A stretch of DNA of 64,000 bases from Takakia lepidozioides. Lineage: Eukaryota; Plantae; Bryophyta. The position numbers and the translations under genes are program-made. The first letter of the stretch is position 1, and each line of letters opens with the position of its first letter. Shown here piece by piece: positions 36,210 through 49,500 of this stretch. Location of the stretch: positions 55,242,001-55,306,000 of the forward strand of contig CM060733.1 of the NCBI GenBank assembly GCA_030704615.1, written 5' to 3'. The notes beneath the pieces are model-generated. The model searched no databases, was not told the origin of the DNA, and saw only the letters and a program-made list of their open reading frames with translations.

Positions 36210-39200
36210 GAGGGAACCTGCCGACTCCGTGTCAAGTTTGTCTATGGCGGCTGCTGATCCGGGGTATTACATAAAATGTACTCGCGAACCCGCTGCACTT
36301 CAAGCCGCACCTCACGCACTTGCAAAGGAGGTTCCTGACGTGGCATCCGCCAAGTTGATATGGCTTTGCGAATAAACTGAGCAGTGTGCTGTGCAGCAAA
36401 AGACAAATGAGCTTCGTCGGACAGACCGGATCCATTGGACTGACTGAATTTAATGACACTCAGTAGACAATCAACAGACCATCAGCAGCCCACAATCCAC
36501 ATTCAGCAAACCACAATACTCAGCAGACCATGATATTTAGCAGACACTCATATCTTAGCAGACAATCTGGACTTCAGCAGACAAAAACATTTCAGAAGAC
36601 CTAATTATGGACGTATACAGTCTGGTGAAGTCTTCCACAGATGAGCAGACTACGCGACAACACAAGAAATAGGTCTGTCGGTTTCACCACAAGTCGGTTC
36701 ATACGGGAGCTGGCTGCTATGCAGCAAAACACACACGATCCATTGGGCATTCGGAGCTCTAAGATGTCTCAGCAGACCACAAGACTCAGCAGACCATGGC
36801 AATGAGCAGACCACTGCCTTTAGCAGACTCCAGAGACTGGGGCAGAATAAGTGAGAGACCGAATTATGGACGTGCATAGTCTGCTAAAGTTCAGCAGACT
36901 AATCGACAGTAGTCCCAAAAAAATGCATAAAATTGCAGGAATGGTTTGATAGCATTACCTCGTCAAGTATGTTGCCCGCATCGCCATCACGCATGGCATT
37001 CAATCACTTTTCTTCGGCTTCCCGAATACTTGATGTTATCCATCCTGTCTGCACATATCTGAAGAAAAAAGGGAAGAACTGCGGATCGTCTTGGGGTGGG
37101 CAGACTGGTGGGAGAACGCCAAACCGAAGTAGGTGCACCGTTTCCGGGCAGGCTGGACCAGCAGACTTGTGGGTGGTCTTTTCAGGTTCCATATCTTCGG
37201 TCTGCCCAACCCGCAGACCAGGCTGCTGGGTCTCTTGGGCGGTGTGGGCAAGAGAGGTGTTGTCGTCGAGGCTGTCTATGAGCATGTCCAAGTTTGTCCT
37301 CTCAGATAAGGCAATATCCACTGCATTGGACAGTGGACCTTGCCCTTCGAAGTCATTATTTCGGATGATGTTGTCGGTACGCTCGGCAGACCGGCGGGGC
37401 TGAACATCGGCAGATTCAGACTCACTAGAGGAACTGATAGGTATAGTCTGCCGGGACCTTCTGGTCCGGTGCACATCGGGCGGACTCCCATGTAGGCCCG
37501 CAATGCTTGCATCTCGAGCAGAGCCTGCCTGACGCGCTTCGGACGGACCCCCCTGCAGGACTGACAGGTTTGCATCGCGAGCAGACCTTGCCGTTTTCGC
37601 TCCCGCTTTTTTTTTTGCCCCATCACTGAGTTTTCGCTTACGGGGAGGCACGGGCACTTTCTTCAGACTGCCTAGTTGCATCCTTCCAGCAGCCTGTCAG
37701 TACCGTTGGCGCAATTCCTCTGTACTTCACGGAATTGGGTTTGCGCCGCGGCTATTGAAAATAGCCTCATCTTTAGCTTTCTACGATACCGGTATGGGCC
37801 ACGGCTTGAAATTCGGTGGAATGGTGCCCTTGCAACCTATGTCCACACAATAGCGGTTCAACTGGATTTTGTCATTTATGGCTTCCTCACAGAAATGACA
37901 CCTGAGCCTATCCTTCTTCCATTCTGTGTTCTCCTTCTTGGCTACACGGAGATCAATACATGCTTCCATTGCGATCGTACTCATGTGGGGAGTACCAATA
38001 TCTTCGCAGCTTCTTCAAACGCGTGACGTGCACAAAGTCGATCCAGTCGGGTCCGCCCTTCGCGCAGGCTTCCTCCATCGCCTATACAACACAACACAAC
38101 AGAGAAAGGCAGATGACCCAACAAAAAGGGAGAAGTGCAAAGAATGGAGGAGTCCAGAAAGTGCGAGAACCGGCGAGAACGAGCACTACATACGAGGACA
38201 GACAGAGAAACGAGAACCAAAACTACAAGTACACAGCAGAAGACGAGAAACGCAACGGCCTACAGGAGCAACGGTCTTGGCGACTGTTGGGGTCTAAGAT
38301 GACTCTCCAAATCTGCGCGCGGAAAGAAGTCTGCGCAAGGAAGACAGACGTTGACATAAAAGCAGACCACAGCACCGGCGAGAAGGCGAAGTTGAAGTTG
38401 AAGTTGAAGTTGACCCGGGAGCGGAAATGCAGTACACCCACGGTACGACGTGGCGTACAATGATTGACGCCGCCACCGCCGCCGTTGCATTTACTAGGTC
38501 TACCCAGTGCACAGCAGACCGAGTGAATAGCAGACAGAGTCAAGCAGACTAGAATCAGCAGACTGATTTGAGCAGACCAACACGTAATCCACTAAGCAAG
38601 TCCACCCGACTGCAACAGGCTGACGACAAAACAGACTATACAAAACAGACAAACTGGCAGGTCGACAGACTGACAGGTCAACATGGTCATTGTTCCGTTG
38701 CCCTCTATAACAAGCTGCAGACAAACTAAACTGACGGTGCGACAGAGACAACAAACTAGCTGAAAAGACTGGCAGGACAACAGACTGACAGACGGAAGGG
38801 TGTAACGCCAAATTTTCGACGCGGCACCATGGTTTCATAGTTTCTCACAACAGACCAGCGTACACAGACGCCGCAAGACCGTTGTCAGGACAGACTAACA
38901 TCGCAACAGACTCACAAACATATTCCAGGCCGATGTGAGGACACAGCCTCCCGAAGAGGCTCCGATTACCACACCAACGAAGCAAGACTAACGAAGCAAC
39001 AGACATATGGGTATCCAGGCCGACAAGTATTGGCTGTTGAACCCGTCTTTTTTACAAAGAGACCCATACTGCAGATGTGAGATAATTCACGAGTCTCAGG
39101 CTAACACAGCCCAGCAGACACAATTGACAGATTGACAATAACTCTGCCCACGACACACATAACAGTTCATGGCTGGATATGGAATCTGCAATGTTTTTAC

Positions 39201-42103
39201 ACGCCCTCATGTGCATGTGCTTCGGCGATTTTCACTATCATCTTGCCCATGGTTACCGTTCCAGACTGAGGAGGTGATCTGACGGACGAATGCGGCTATC
39301 TCAACATGAATAATTATAAAATTGAACGACACCATATCCCAAATGTAAACTAAGGTCGTCTTTAGGCAGGCTTGTAATCGGTCGGCCCATTGGAATAAAC
39401 CCTAACAACACATTGGCCATTTTGCGATGACCGGACAGATGCCAAACCAAGTGGGCAAAACGCATTACATTACAATGAAATCACAAAAACGGCCCCGCCA
39501 GCAACAAAAAAATGACGAAAATAGTGTAAGCATATGCACGATGGTGGCTGTAAGGCTCCGACTCATCTCCTGCCCTTCCACATCATGACAAAATGTCAAG
39601 AAAACACAAAGACACGAACACTAGGCGACGACTACCGCCCGCACGCACCACAATTGCGTACAACAAAGAGCGACATCTTGATGGCAATGGCAAGGCCCTA
39701 AATTGGAGGGCTGCAATGGGATTCGTCGTGGACGTCCCAGATCTTGCGGGCGGGCGGACACGCGGACAAACGGACTAGAGGGAGCGGACCTACCGCAGCG
39801 GACTAGCCCCAGCAGACCCACCCCAGCGGAGCGGCCGCATCGGACAAGCCGGTGGACGGAGCCGGGAGAGGCAGCCGCGGCTGGTGCAACCGCGGCAGCA
39901 GCGGCGGGTGTGGGCGATCGCAGGCGGCGGCGGGCGGGTGGGTGCGGGTGGAGGGGCGCCCCTCGTCCGGACGAGGGGCCCACCGTCCTTCTCGCACGCT
40001 TGCGTTCATGACCCTATTATTGTAAAATGAGAGGCTATTTACTCAGCATATTGAATGCTACATACTTTTTGACGTACCTTGCCTGCCGGCAGGTGTAAAA
40101 ACAATTTGACCGCTCCACTTAGTCACAAATCCCATGGCCTCACTTGTGTTTGTGAGGTGCTTTAGAGCATGCCCAACAGAGGCTCACTAAACTGCCTCAC
40201 CATCACTATGTTAAGGAGGCGTATGGTGAGGCCCGTAAGCTAGATGGCGTGTGGCAAGAGCCCCAGCAGCAACCCATCATAACAAGAGGGGAGTAATGTC
40301 GTCGGGCTGAGGTGAGAGAGGCTAAGTGGTAGCTAGCGGGGGAGACTGCCACACACCAAAACTCGTGTAGATAGCGGGCGAGTGGGGCGAAACTTGGTGA
40401 GGCTCACCATTTTGAAGCGCGTGAAAGTGCTGCTGGGGACGCGCGATCTCGACGGCCGCGCTACTTTGACGATATCGCGCCAGATGGAGCGCCCGCTCTT
40501 AGTTTGCAACTCTGGAGCGGCATGCTGCAAGGACCTTGCCCTGCACAGCTTGGTTGCTAAGCGATTTCAGTGGCTTTCAAAACCGGCAGAGGGTGAGATA
40601 ACAGCTTTGTTTGGGCGTTTCTGCAGAAGTCACAAGCAAAATAAGATGGAGGAGGGCGCAAGGGGAGAAAAGAACATGCATAAGCCTGTCACTCCGCCTG
40701 TCACATAAAGCAACTACACTCAGCTTGAGCCCATGTGTGACTTTGGCGCAGAAACTTTTATTGAGAAGGGCCTAAGAGTGAAGAATTGGTAAGTAACTAG
40801 CTCAGTTGCAACACAAAGGACTCATTAGAATCAATTTGATGGCTAACAGGGGTTATGTCACAGGGGTGGTATCAACCGTATAGACTCCGACTCCCCGCTG
40901 GAGTATGAAGATCTCCGAATAAGACTCCGAATTCTTGTGGTTCTTCATATCCATCATCACATTTTCGTCCTTGACTACAATGAACCTAGTCTGATGAGAT
41001 AGGAAAGACTGAAATGCGCATCAACTACTTTCTCTCTGAGAGAAGGCTGCGCCCGCATCGTTTTTGCCGCACCAAATGGCAAGCTTGGAGCAAGACAAGA
41101 ACAACAAGTTTTGAGCATATTATATAAATGTTACCTGGTCACTGTGTTGCCCCTTGCTCAATTCCATTGCTTCATTCATTCAACTTCCGGCTGCCATAAT
41201 TTCCAACTTTCTGGCCATCCACGCTCATCCCCTCCACCGAAGTCAAAACAGGAGCACGTGCCTCTTTTTAGTTGCCACTGCCAACAAGAGTCCCAGATCG
41301 CACCAGCTCCACGGATGGACATCGACCTTCCCCTCTTCCACGAGACTGCCAGAAACAGCCACGGGCTGAGTAACAACCCCAGCAGTTTCACTTCCCCTAA
41401 AAGCCGGTGCAGCACAAGGTGACGATGAAAAATTTCCCGTTCCCATCGTCATCTCCCCAGCCATAAACTCCATCTCACCAAGCTCACCACCCCCTCTGCA
41501 TGCAATCCAGTCTCCTACACGAATCTGCTCCGCCATGCCAGACCTCACCGTCTCTGCAGAACAAACACACAACTCCAACACTTACCAAAACCCTAAAACC
41601 TGCTCTATGCCAGCCGTAAAGAAACTATTAGAAATTCAATAACACTTCCAATAATTAATAATTTGGAAGGAAAAAAAGAAACAACCTCTCTGCTCTCGTG
41701 GAAGAGGTCTGGAGCTCAAACTCTCTTACTCCTGAACGATGGGGAGACAAGGAGAGGGCCATCCAGGTGCTATTGGATAATGTGGGTAGAGACTAGAGAC
41801 TCTGGGCCAATGGGGGGAAGCGAAAGAGGAAGAATGGCACGGAATCAAAATGTGAGCGAATGGATGACTGCCACCGTGGAGAGAGCGGGAGAGGACGACA
41901 CCGAGGAATCAAGTGAGGGCCAATGACCGAGCGGGGCTGCAGATAGGGCGGCGCTCGCCCAATCGGGGCGGGGGGACCCTATCTCGGCTCCCGCTCGCCT
42001 TGTCTCTCTAATCCCGCGCTCGTTCCCACATCTGGCTGTATACTCTGGGGAGAAGAGAATCGTGGACAGCAGGAAGGGGTGCTCGAGCTTTTGACTTGGA
42101 GCA

Positions 42104-43870
42104 ATGGCGTCAGCTGTCTGTGCCTCGTCGAGCGTGGCTGCCATCGCTGCCGCCCCCTCCACCAGGTTTCTGGGCAGCTGGATCATTTGTTTGTGTTGCA
42201 TGCTTTGGGAGCTTGGATTTTGTCTGAGATGTGACTGTGCATGAAGACATTTTGACTCCGTGTAGCTGCCTGCATGGAGATGTTGTGTTCAGGCAATGCG
42301 CGTAGACTCAGATTTGATGCTTTGTGTTATGAATGTGCATTCGCGCTGCAATGTGCCGTGACAGTGGTTGTTGTGTTCACATTTGGAGCATGTTCTGTTT
42401 TCTAATTTGGAAGACCTCAGTGGACAATGATGGGCTGATCTCTAACTCGTGCTTTCCTCTTCTCTACTCGTTGGGCTCTTTATAGATGCTTCTCCGAGCC
42501 CGTATAGCTAACCGCTTGCTTGGGTATTGTATTCAGCGCTCAAAAGGTTGTGAGCAATGTAGGCTCTGCCAAGGCCTCCTTCCTGTCTGGCCGGGCTCTC
42601 CGTCTGTCTCAGATTCCTGCCTCGTTTTCTAAGGGATCGCTGACCGTCACATCAGCAGCTGCCACTGAGAGGCCCCTGTGGTTCCCTGGAAGCACCCCAC
42701 CTGAGTATTTGGACGGCAGGTATGTCATTCACTCCGAGAAGTGTTCTTCATCTGCATGGCTCATAATTCAGCTTATAGTCCTGCAACACTATGACCGAAA
42801 ACGTTGTATTATTTAAGTCCAGCATTCCTCGACAGAATCCTCAGCAGCATTGATGTTTCTGACAGTTTCAAGGGAAATTATGCATTATGTATGGGAGCTG
42901 ATTAACTGACAAATGATCCATTTGATTTCAGCTTGCCTGCAGATTTCGGCTTCGATCCTCTTGGCCTCTGTAAGTACCCTTCTTTTCCTACCTTTTCGCA
43001 TGACTTACGTAATTTGGAAGGGGAATGATTCGTTTTTCATGAATGAAAATTCAGAGCACCCGGTCTCCAGAGCTTGGTTGGTTTGCCCTAGGAAAAACTT
43101 TCAAGGGGTGACGGATCTGGGTTGCCATCTTGCTGTTGAATCTATGCTTCTATCCTGCCCTGACTTGCCTATCTGTATGCTGTAGCGTCTGAGCCCGAGC
43201 TGCTAAAGTGGATGGTTCAAGCCGAGATCGTGCATTGCCGATGGGCCATGCTAGGAGCAGCTGGGATCTTCATCCCTGAGGCCCTGACAAAGGCTGGAAT
43301 TCTGAACACGCCTTCATGGTATACTGCTGGAGAAGCACAGTACTTCACGGACTCAACCACTCTCTTTGTCATTGAGATCATCCTGTTTGCATGGGCCGAG
43401 GGAAGAAGATGGGCTGATATCATCAAGCCTGGCTCGGTCAATACCGACCCTGTCTTCCCCAATAACAAGCTGACAGGAACAGACGTGGGGTACCCAGGTG
43501 GCTTCTGGTTTGACCCCCTCGGATGGGGCTCTGGCTCACCTGAGAAGATCAAGGAACTGAGGACCAAGGAGATCAAGAATGGCAGGCTCGCTATGCTGGC
43601 AGTCTTGGGCGCCACCTTCCAGGCTCTTTACACCGGCACTGGTCCCATTGACAACTTGTTGGCCCACCTTGCTGACCCCGGCCACAACACTATATTTGCT
43701 GTAAGAAACCCAATTTCTTTATAGCTCTGCTGAAAGATGTTACATTTTTCTGCAGGGCATACCTTTTGGGTGGACAGTATTAGTTGGATTTCTTTAACCC
43801 ATGTAATTTCTTTGAATCCTTGTCTGAGTTTGTGTGTCCATGTGTGTGTGTGCAGGCCTTCGGAAAGTAA
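42104..43870 (+). CDS. LHCA2: Photosystem I light-harvesting chlorophyll a/b protein Lhca2; exons 42104-42165, 42537-42719, 42932-42969, 43186-43700, 43856-43870
   Basis: In-frame GT-AG splicing gives transit peptide [16 protein letters not shown]..., then [61 protein letters not shown] and [16 protein letters not shown]. Confidence 0.95.
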
Positions 43871-44934
43871 AGAATCGTTTGTTGTAGTGAAAGCAATGAA
43901 GACGAGCAATGAAGACGAGCGATACATTGCATGGCTTGTGTCCGTGATACATTGCATGGCTTGTGTCCGTGACTGTACGATGGTTGTAGAACACTTCTGC
44001 TAAAACTCTTTCAGTGAGATTTTCATCAGTAAATTGTATAATTGCTTTTTGATTCTCAGTATCGATGGCGATGAGTGATCTTGGACTCTTCTCTTTCTGC
44101 TTGATTCCCCACCTTCCTTTTTTGTGGTCTCTTTTTTGTGGTCTCTCCTTTAGTAGAAGGCAATCATTTGTAACTGATTTTGCATGATCATGTTTTAGCT
44201 TGTTATGAGTCTCTGTTTTGTTCTCTACAATAGATCTCTGCACAGTGTGCTAAGCTGCACACACACTGTGGACTCCTGACGGTTAAAACTTTGAGAATTG
44301 TATTATTTGACTTTGGTTCTTCAGTGAAAGACTTGAGTGGTGCAGACGTCCTCCTTAGATAGCTCGACCGTAGGTGTAGGCCGATTGGGATGTAGCCTTA
44401 ATAAGGACTAATCTGTGGTTTGCTTCAGCAATGGAATTGTACATGTATCCACTGGGTGTCTGCAAATTGGCAATGTGCAGCATGAGATAGTCTGCCAAAA
44501 AGAATTGAACATTGAATAGATACAAGTAATTGAGAAATTATATATAATACTGTAATAAAACTCCAGCAAAGGAAAAAATTCTTCTCATTGCTAATCTGTA
44601 ATGCTTAAAAAGTATACCCCAACCATTTTCCACTATAGTGAACAAAATGATTATTGACAAAAAGCACTCACCATACATTCATATCCACTCCCTCATTTGA
44701 CAAAAACATTTGATTCTGTAACCCTCCTCTCACAAACTTGCCATGAGCAGATCCATAAATTACAAACATGAATGTAAGAGTGTTAATGGAAATAGTAGAG
44801 CCCTTCAAAAATGAGACACAGAACCTACACCCTTCAATTACCCCATATGTGCCTGCAACTTCAATACTTAAACAGCAATAAAGTTAGAAATATTCTTCAA
44901 CATCTACTCTTGCTCTTGATTCTTGTTTCCTGTT

Positions 44935-45045
44935 CGCTCATTCCAATTTGCACATCATCCACTCATTCCAATTTACACATCATCCACTGACATATTTCGA
45001 CAATCGGTTCTCATTCCAATTTGCACATCATCCACTGACAAATTT
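44935..45045. repeat. Short tandem repeat CTCATTCCAATTT(G/A)CACATCATCCAC, three copies
   Basis: Read directly from the sequence. Confidence 0.75.
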
Positions 45046-46568
45046 CAACAATAGGTTCCCTCCACGACCATCATCTTCTACAAAATAATTAAAATCACAT
45101 ATCAAGATTGTGCAAACATGTATAGAAGTAAATAAAACGTTGACTCACTCAGTAGGACCCGCAGTTGGCTCTCCACTCTCGGAGTAGAACTGATATTCGA
45201 TCTTTGCGTGATCAAGACTCGAGCAGACAATGAAAGTTTGATGGATTGTGAATGGTCAACCCAGGTGTACCTCTACCACTGTGGACTCATCATAATAGTG
45301 GATGTCGTGCGACAGGAGCTTGAAAATTTTATGAGCTTCATAAAACTCAAGCTCCTCTTCAAGCTCCTCTCGTACGACATCTTCTATTATTTGAGATTGG
45401 ATCTCCTGAGGAACCCGTCTTACTTTGAGAGCAACTCCAAGGGTCCTCCTAAACTCTTGATTGCCCAAAGTCAGCTGACGGAGATTGGCTGTAATTCGAT
45501 TCCTTGACCCTATGGGCATTTGGAAACACAATTCGTAAACATTAATACAAGTGGAGTTCAAAATTATACACACACAAAGACTTCAATACATTTCAATTGT
45601 TGAGGCGCACTCACCCAAAGCGGAACCGTCAAGACTGTAGAATAAAACGATAGCATCCTCGCCATCCTCTCCGTCCTCAATTGAGCCTTCTCCAATTGAA
45701 TCTTCATCTCTGAGACCTTAGCAGCAAGGTCCTCAACCCTCTTGTCGGATGGTACATCCTTGGAGCTAAACACCCTAGATGGCACCAATCTTCGCAAACC
45801 CAAAGCATGAAAGCGCACTGAAATCTCGCGCATGGCCACCATCATCCTACAATTGCTTACACATGTCAATATGGAAAGCATAAGTGATGATTGAACATAG
45901 ACCCCTACTCTCAATCAAATTGCCGGTTATTGTCAAAGGTGAGGTCTAATTGGGTGTCTTCAATGCCTGGGTGGACAAAGGTCTTCGATAGGATGATACC
46001 ATTGGGCCTTTTGGTGAGGATGAGCTGAATTTCTAATGGAAGACGGTTAAATAAACTGTCCCAAAGAACTTCAACTTTCGACCTTGAATAATATGTCAAA
46101 AGAGAGGTGGATTCTTGGGAGAGTTTCTATCTCCTCTGTGGCTGACAAGATCATTGGGAGGACACTACTTGTCTGCGGTAGAGCTATTAATTGGTGGACC
46201 AATGAGATCAGACTCAAGATAGCCGAGAGACAAGGCTGCCGCAATTTGAAAGTTCTGCTGCAGCCGTGACTCGAGGAGCAGCACGAGTTCCTGAGCCACG
46301 AGGTGCAGAGGTGGAGTTGGATCCACAGCGTGGGGAGCAAGCTGTCAGGCTAGGCTTCCTCAGTCATTCACATTGGCGGAGACAGTGTCGACGCCATCCA
46401 TGGCACCTAGTTTTCGCCCGATTGTTACCGAGGCGGAGATTACTATGCCATTGGGGAGAGCTACACGGGTAGCACCACTACCTAGTGTTGCCAAGGCTAC
46501 GGCAGCTAGTGTGCTGCTAGGAGCGGCCATATCTGTGTGCCAGGCTCCATTGTTCTCGGGTACCATGA

Positions 46569-49500
46569 TTGCGACGCCGGGGGGTAAGACCAGCTGAGGT
46601 GTTCAGGCTGGCAGCTACACTTTGTGAGAGTGGGGAGGTTACTTCATCTTCTGCGGAGATAGTGGGAGGTGTAGTGCCAGAGGGATCCTCGGATTTGAGG
46701 GTCAAGACTGCCACGGCGGCGCCATGGCAAGCTGTAGCTGCCAGGTTGATGGAGCTGCCAGCTAGGCCAGCCATTGAGCGTGCCATGGTTACACCTGGAG
46801 TTGTCACGTTAGACAACCAGGATGACATTTTCTGTTTGAGTGGACCGGCAGGCAAGAGGTACCGGCCACTGCGGGTCTTGTTGGACTCGGGAGCTCAGCC
46901 ATTGATGCTGGGCAGAGCTACTATTACAGGCTTGGGCATCACGGAGGCGGATATGGAGCCTTGTCATTTCCAGATACAGACGTCTCTAGGAGGATCGAAG
47001 CAGGCTCGGGGCATGACACGGCGTGAGGTGGCTATCAGACTACGGCCGGATCATCCTACAAATGGCTCAGTGATGCAAGCCAAGGCCATTGTGACAGACG
47101 CGGTCTCATTCGATGTCCTGGTTGGTGGGGCAGTGTTGTACCCCATGGGCTTCACCTTGGATTTTTGGGAGGGGTCAGCTTCATATAGGCTTGCATGGCA
47201 GTCAGGGGAGGGCCGGGGCGTGTGCAGCTCCCTGTGACTTTCATAGGAAGAGTTGCGGTTGCCCAGCGAGGCAAGATGCCGACACTAGCAGCATTCACAG
47301 CGGCAGTGAGTTGGCCTGGAGAGTTGCTTGAGGGCAACGCTCATTTAGAGGATGACATACCTCCAGCAGAACAGGATGACATGTATGATATGGCGGAGTT
47401 GCCTGCCATGGTTGCTCAGACTCCATTGTGGGGCACGAGCAAGGATTTGCATCGGGTTGCTGATCGATGGGTGCAACAAGCCTGGGTAGAGGCTTTTGTA
47501 CCGTCAGGAGAGGAAGAGAGTGCGGGGATTGCACCAGGACCACCTCAGTTGTCTCCATTGGACACCACACCTATTGTGTGGCAGTATCCGGATGAAGGCA
47601 TTTGTCTTCTGGACTTGTTTGGCGGGATCAGCACCGGATTGGCTGCTGTGTTACAGGCAGGTGTACGAGTTTGGCGTTACCTGTATGTGGAGAGGGATAA
47701 GACTGCATGACGCGTTTCACTTTGCCATGTTGCTCAGTTGGTGCAGCGGTACCCTAAGTTGTTGCCGGTGTCTGCAGTTCATGGATATCAGCAGGCCTTG
47801 CCAGTAGACATTTCGTTGCTGGGGGCGCAGGATTTGGAGCGGGTTGGCTCCATTGATCTGGTAGTGGCAGGTTGGCCTTGCCAAGGGCATTCATCAGCCG
47901 GGCATGGCAATGGATTGCGAGACTCGAGGTCGGGTCTGTTTTGGGAGATGGTGCAGGTTTTGCGCCACTTGCAGCTTCATCAAGCTGTATCTCCAGCATA
48001 CATCTTGGAAAATGTGCCACTGATGGGCGATTCTCGGGCCAGGGTGATGGCCAGTGTGCATCAAGTCCAGTTGTGGCTTGGGTCAACAGTGTTGCTAGAT
48101 GCAGCTACAGTAGGGTCACGGGCTCATCGTCCACGGCTATGGTGGACTAACTTGATGCCACCCGCACTGCTCAAGCGTGCATTTGATGGGGTGCAGCGGC
48201 CAGCACATCTCACAGTGGATAGCATTCTGGACACAGGGAGGCAGTCTCAACGTGTGAGACACGATAACCGTTCGCCTTTGGCAGTGGTCAACAAGGTGGG
48301 TCAACCACGAGCAGCATTACCTACACTGCTCAGTTTCCCAGGATCGCATGCTTTTCGGGATAGTAGACCTGGCCTCATGTGGGATGCTCAGTTGCAGCAG
48401 TTAGTGGAGCCTAATGCTGACGAGCGTGAGCGGGCAATGGGTTTTACCACTGGTACCACGGCGGTGTCGTCTCTTTCTGAGGCATCACGTCGTCAGGTGT
48501 TGGGGCAAGCAATGGATCTCAATTGCTTGACCTGGATTATCAGCTTGGCTATGGCTGAGCAACGCAGAGTGCGGAGTACACTTCCTTCGATGGTCTCTCT
48601 GCCTACTGAGACGGTACAGGTAGTGAGTGGAGGCGAGCATGTAAGGACCACGGGGTGCAGGCATCCATGGCACACGGGGGAGGTGCTCGAGGTTCAGAGG
48701 GAGTTGGCAACCAAGGTGGCGGTGATAGATGAGGTTGGGGATTTTTCTCGGGTGGAGGAAGTCCTTGAGGATGAGATGATGGGGCAGGATGAGGCCTTGT
48801 CACTGACTGAGCAGGTAGGGAGTACTGCTCAAGAGGTTGCAACATAGCAACCACTAGACGCGTCCTCTACCTCTAAGCCCACTGGACTTAAGGTTGCAGT
48901 TACGGAGGACAATTGGGAGCCTGACATTGGACCCATTGTCACCGGAGGAGAGAGACAACGTATACGGCGGTTCCTGAGGGCTTACAGGAACTGCTTTGCC
49001 TTCAATTTGAAGGACTTGGGAGCACTGAAGGGTCAAGAGATCCATATTGAGTTGGCCACTGACACGCCAATCTTTCGGAGACCCTATAGATACAGTGACA
49101 TGGAGAGGTCTTTGATTCAGATGAGGACTCAAGATCTCTAGGAGGCAGGTTTGGTGGAGCTCTCTGGTGGAGAGTATGCTTCAGCCACAGTGATGCCAGC
49201 CAAGAAGGATGTCTATGGCAATTGGACGGAGAGACGTATGTGCGGTGATTACCGGCCTGTAAATCGTCAGACCGAGTCCGATAAGTATGCCATGCCAACA
49301 CCAGAGGAGATCTTTGATGCCATCAGGCATGCTAAGGTCTTTAGCACTTTGGATTTACGATCCGGATATCACCAATTGCCAATCAAGGAGGCGGACAAGC
49401 AGAAGACGGCATTCTGGGGGATCAATGAGCACGGCAAGGATTGCCTATATCAGTGGCGGTTCTTACCATTTGGGCTTAAGAATGCTCAGAGAGTCATGGA

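Noticed and set aside
36460-36900. CRISPR-like array of CAGCAGAC repeats
   Set aside because: The repeats are too short and irregularly spaced, the context is eukaryotic, and there are no cas genes.
40160-40520. PIF/Harbinger MITE starting TTA-GAGCATGCCCAACAG
   Set aside because: No matching opposite TIR or TSD was found.
43701-43724. Lhca2 C-terminus VRNPISL in the ORF track
   Set aside because: This is read-through into intron 4; the real last exon is 43856-43870 (AFGK*).
47600-48545. Bacterial restriction-modification methylase or contamination
   Set aside because: The domain is in frame within a eukaryotic retrotransposon pol and has DNMT3-type motifs VIII-X.
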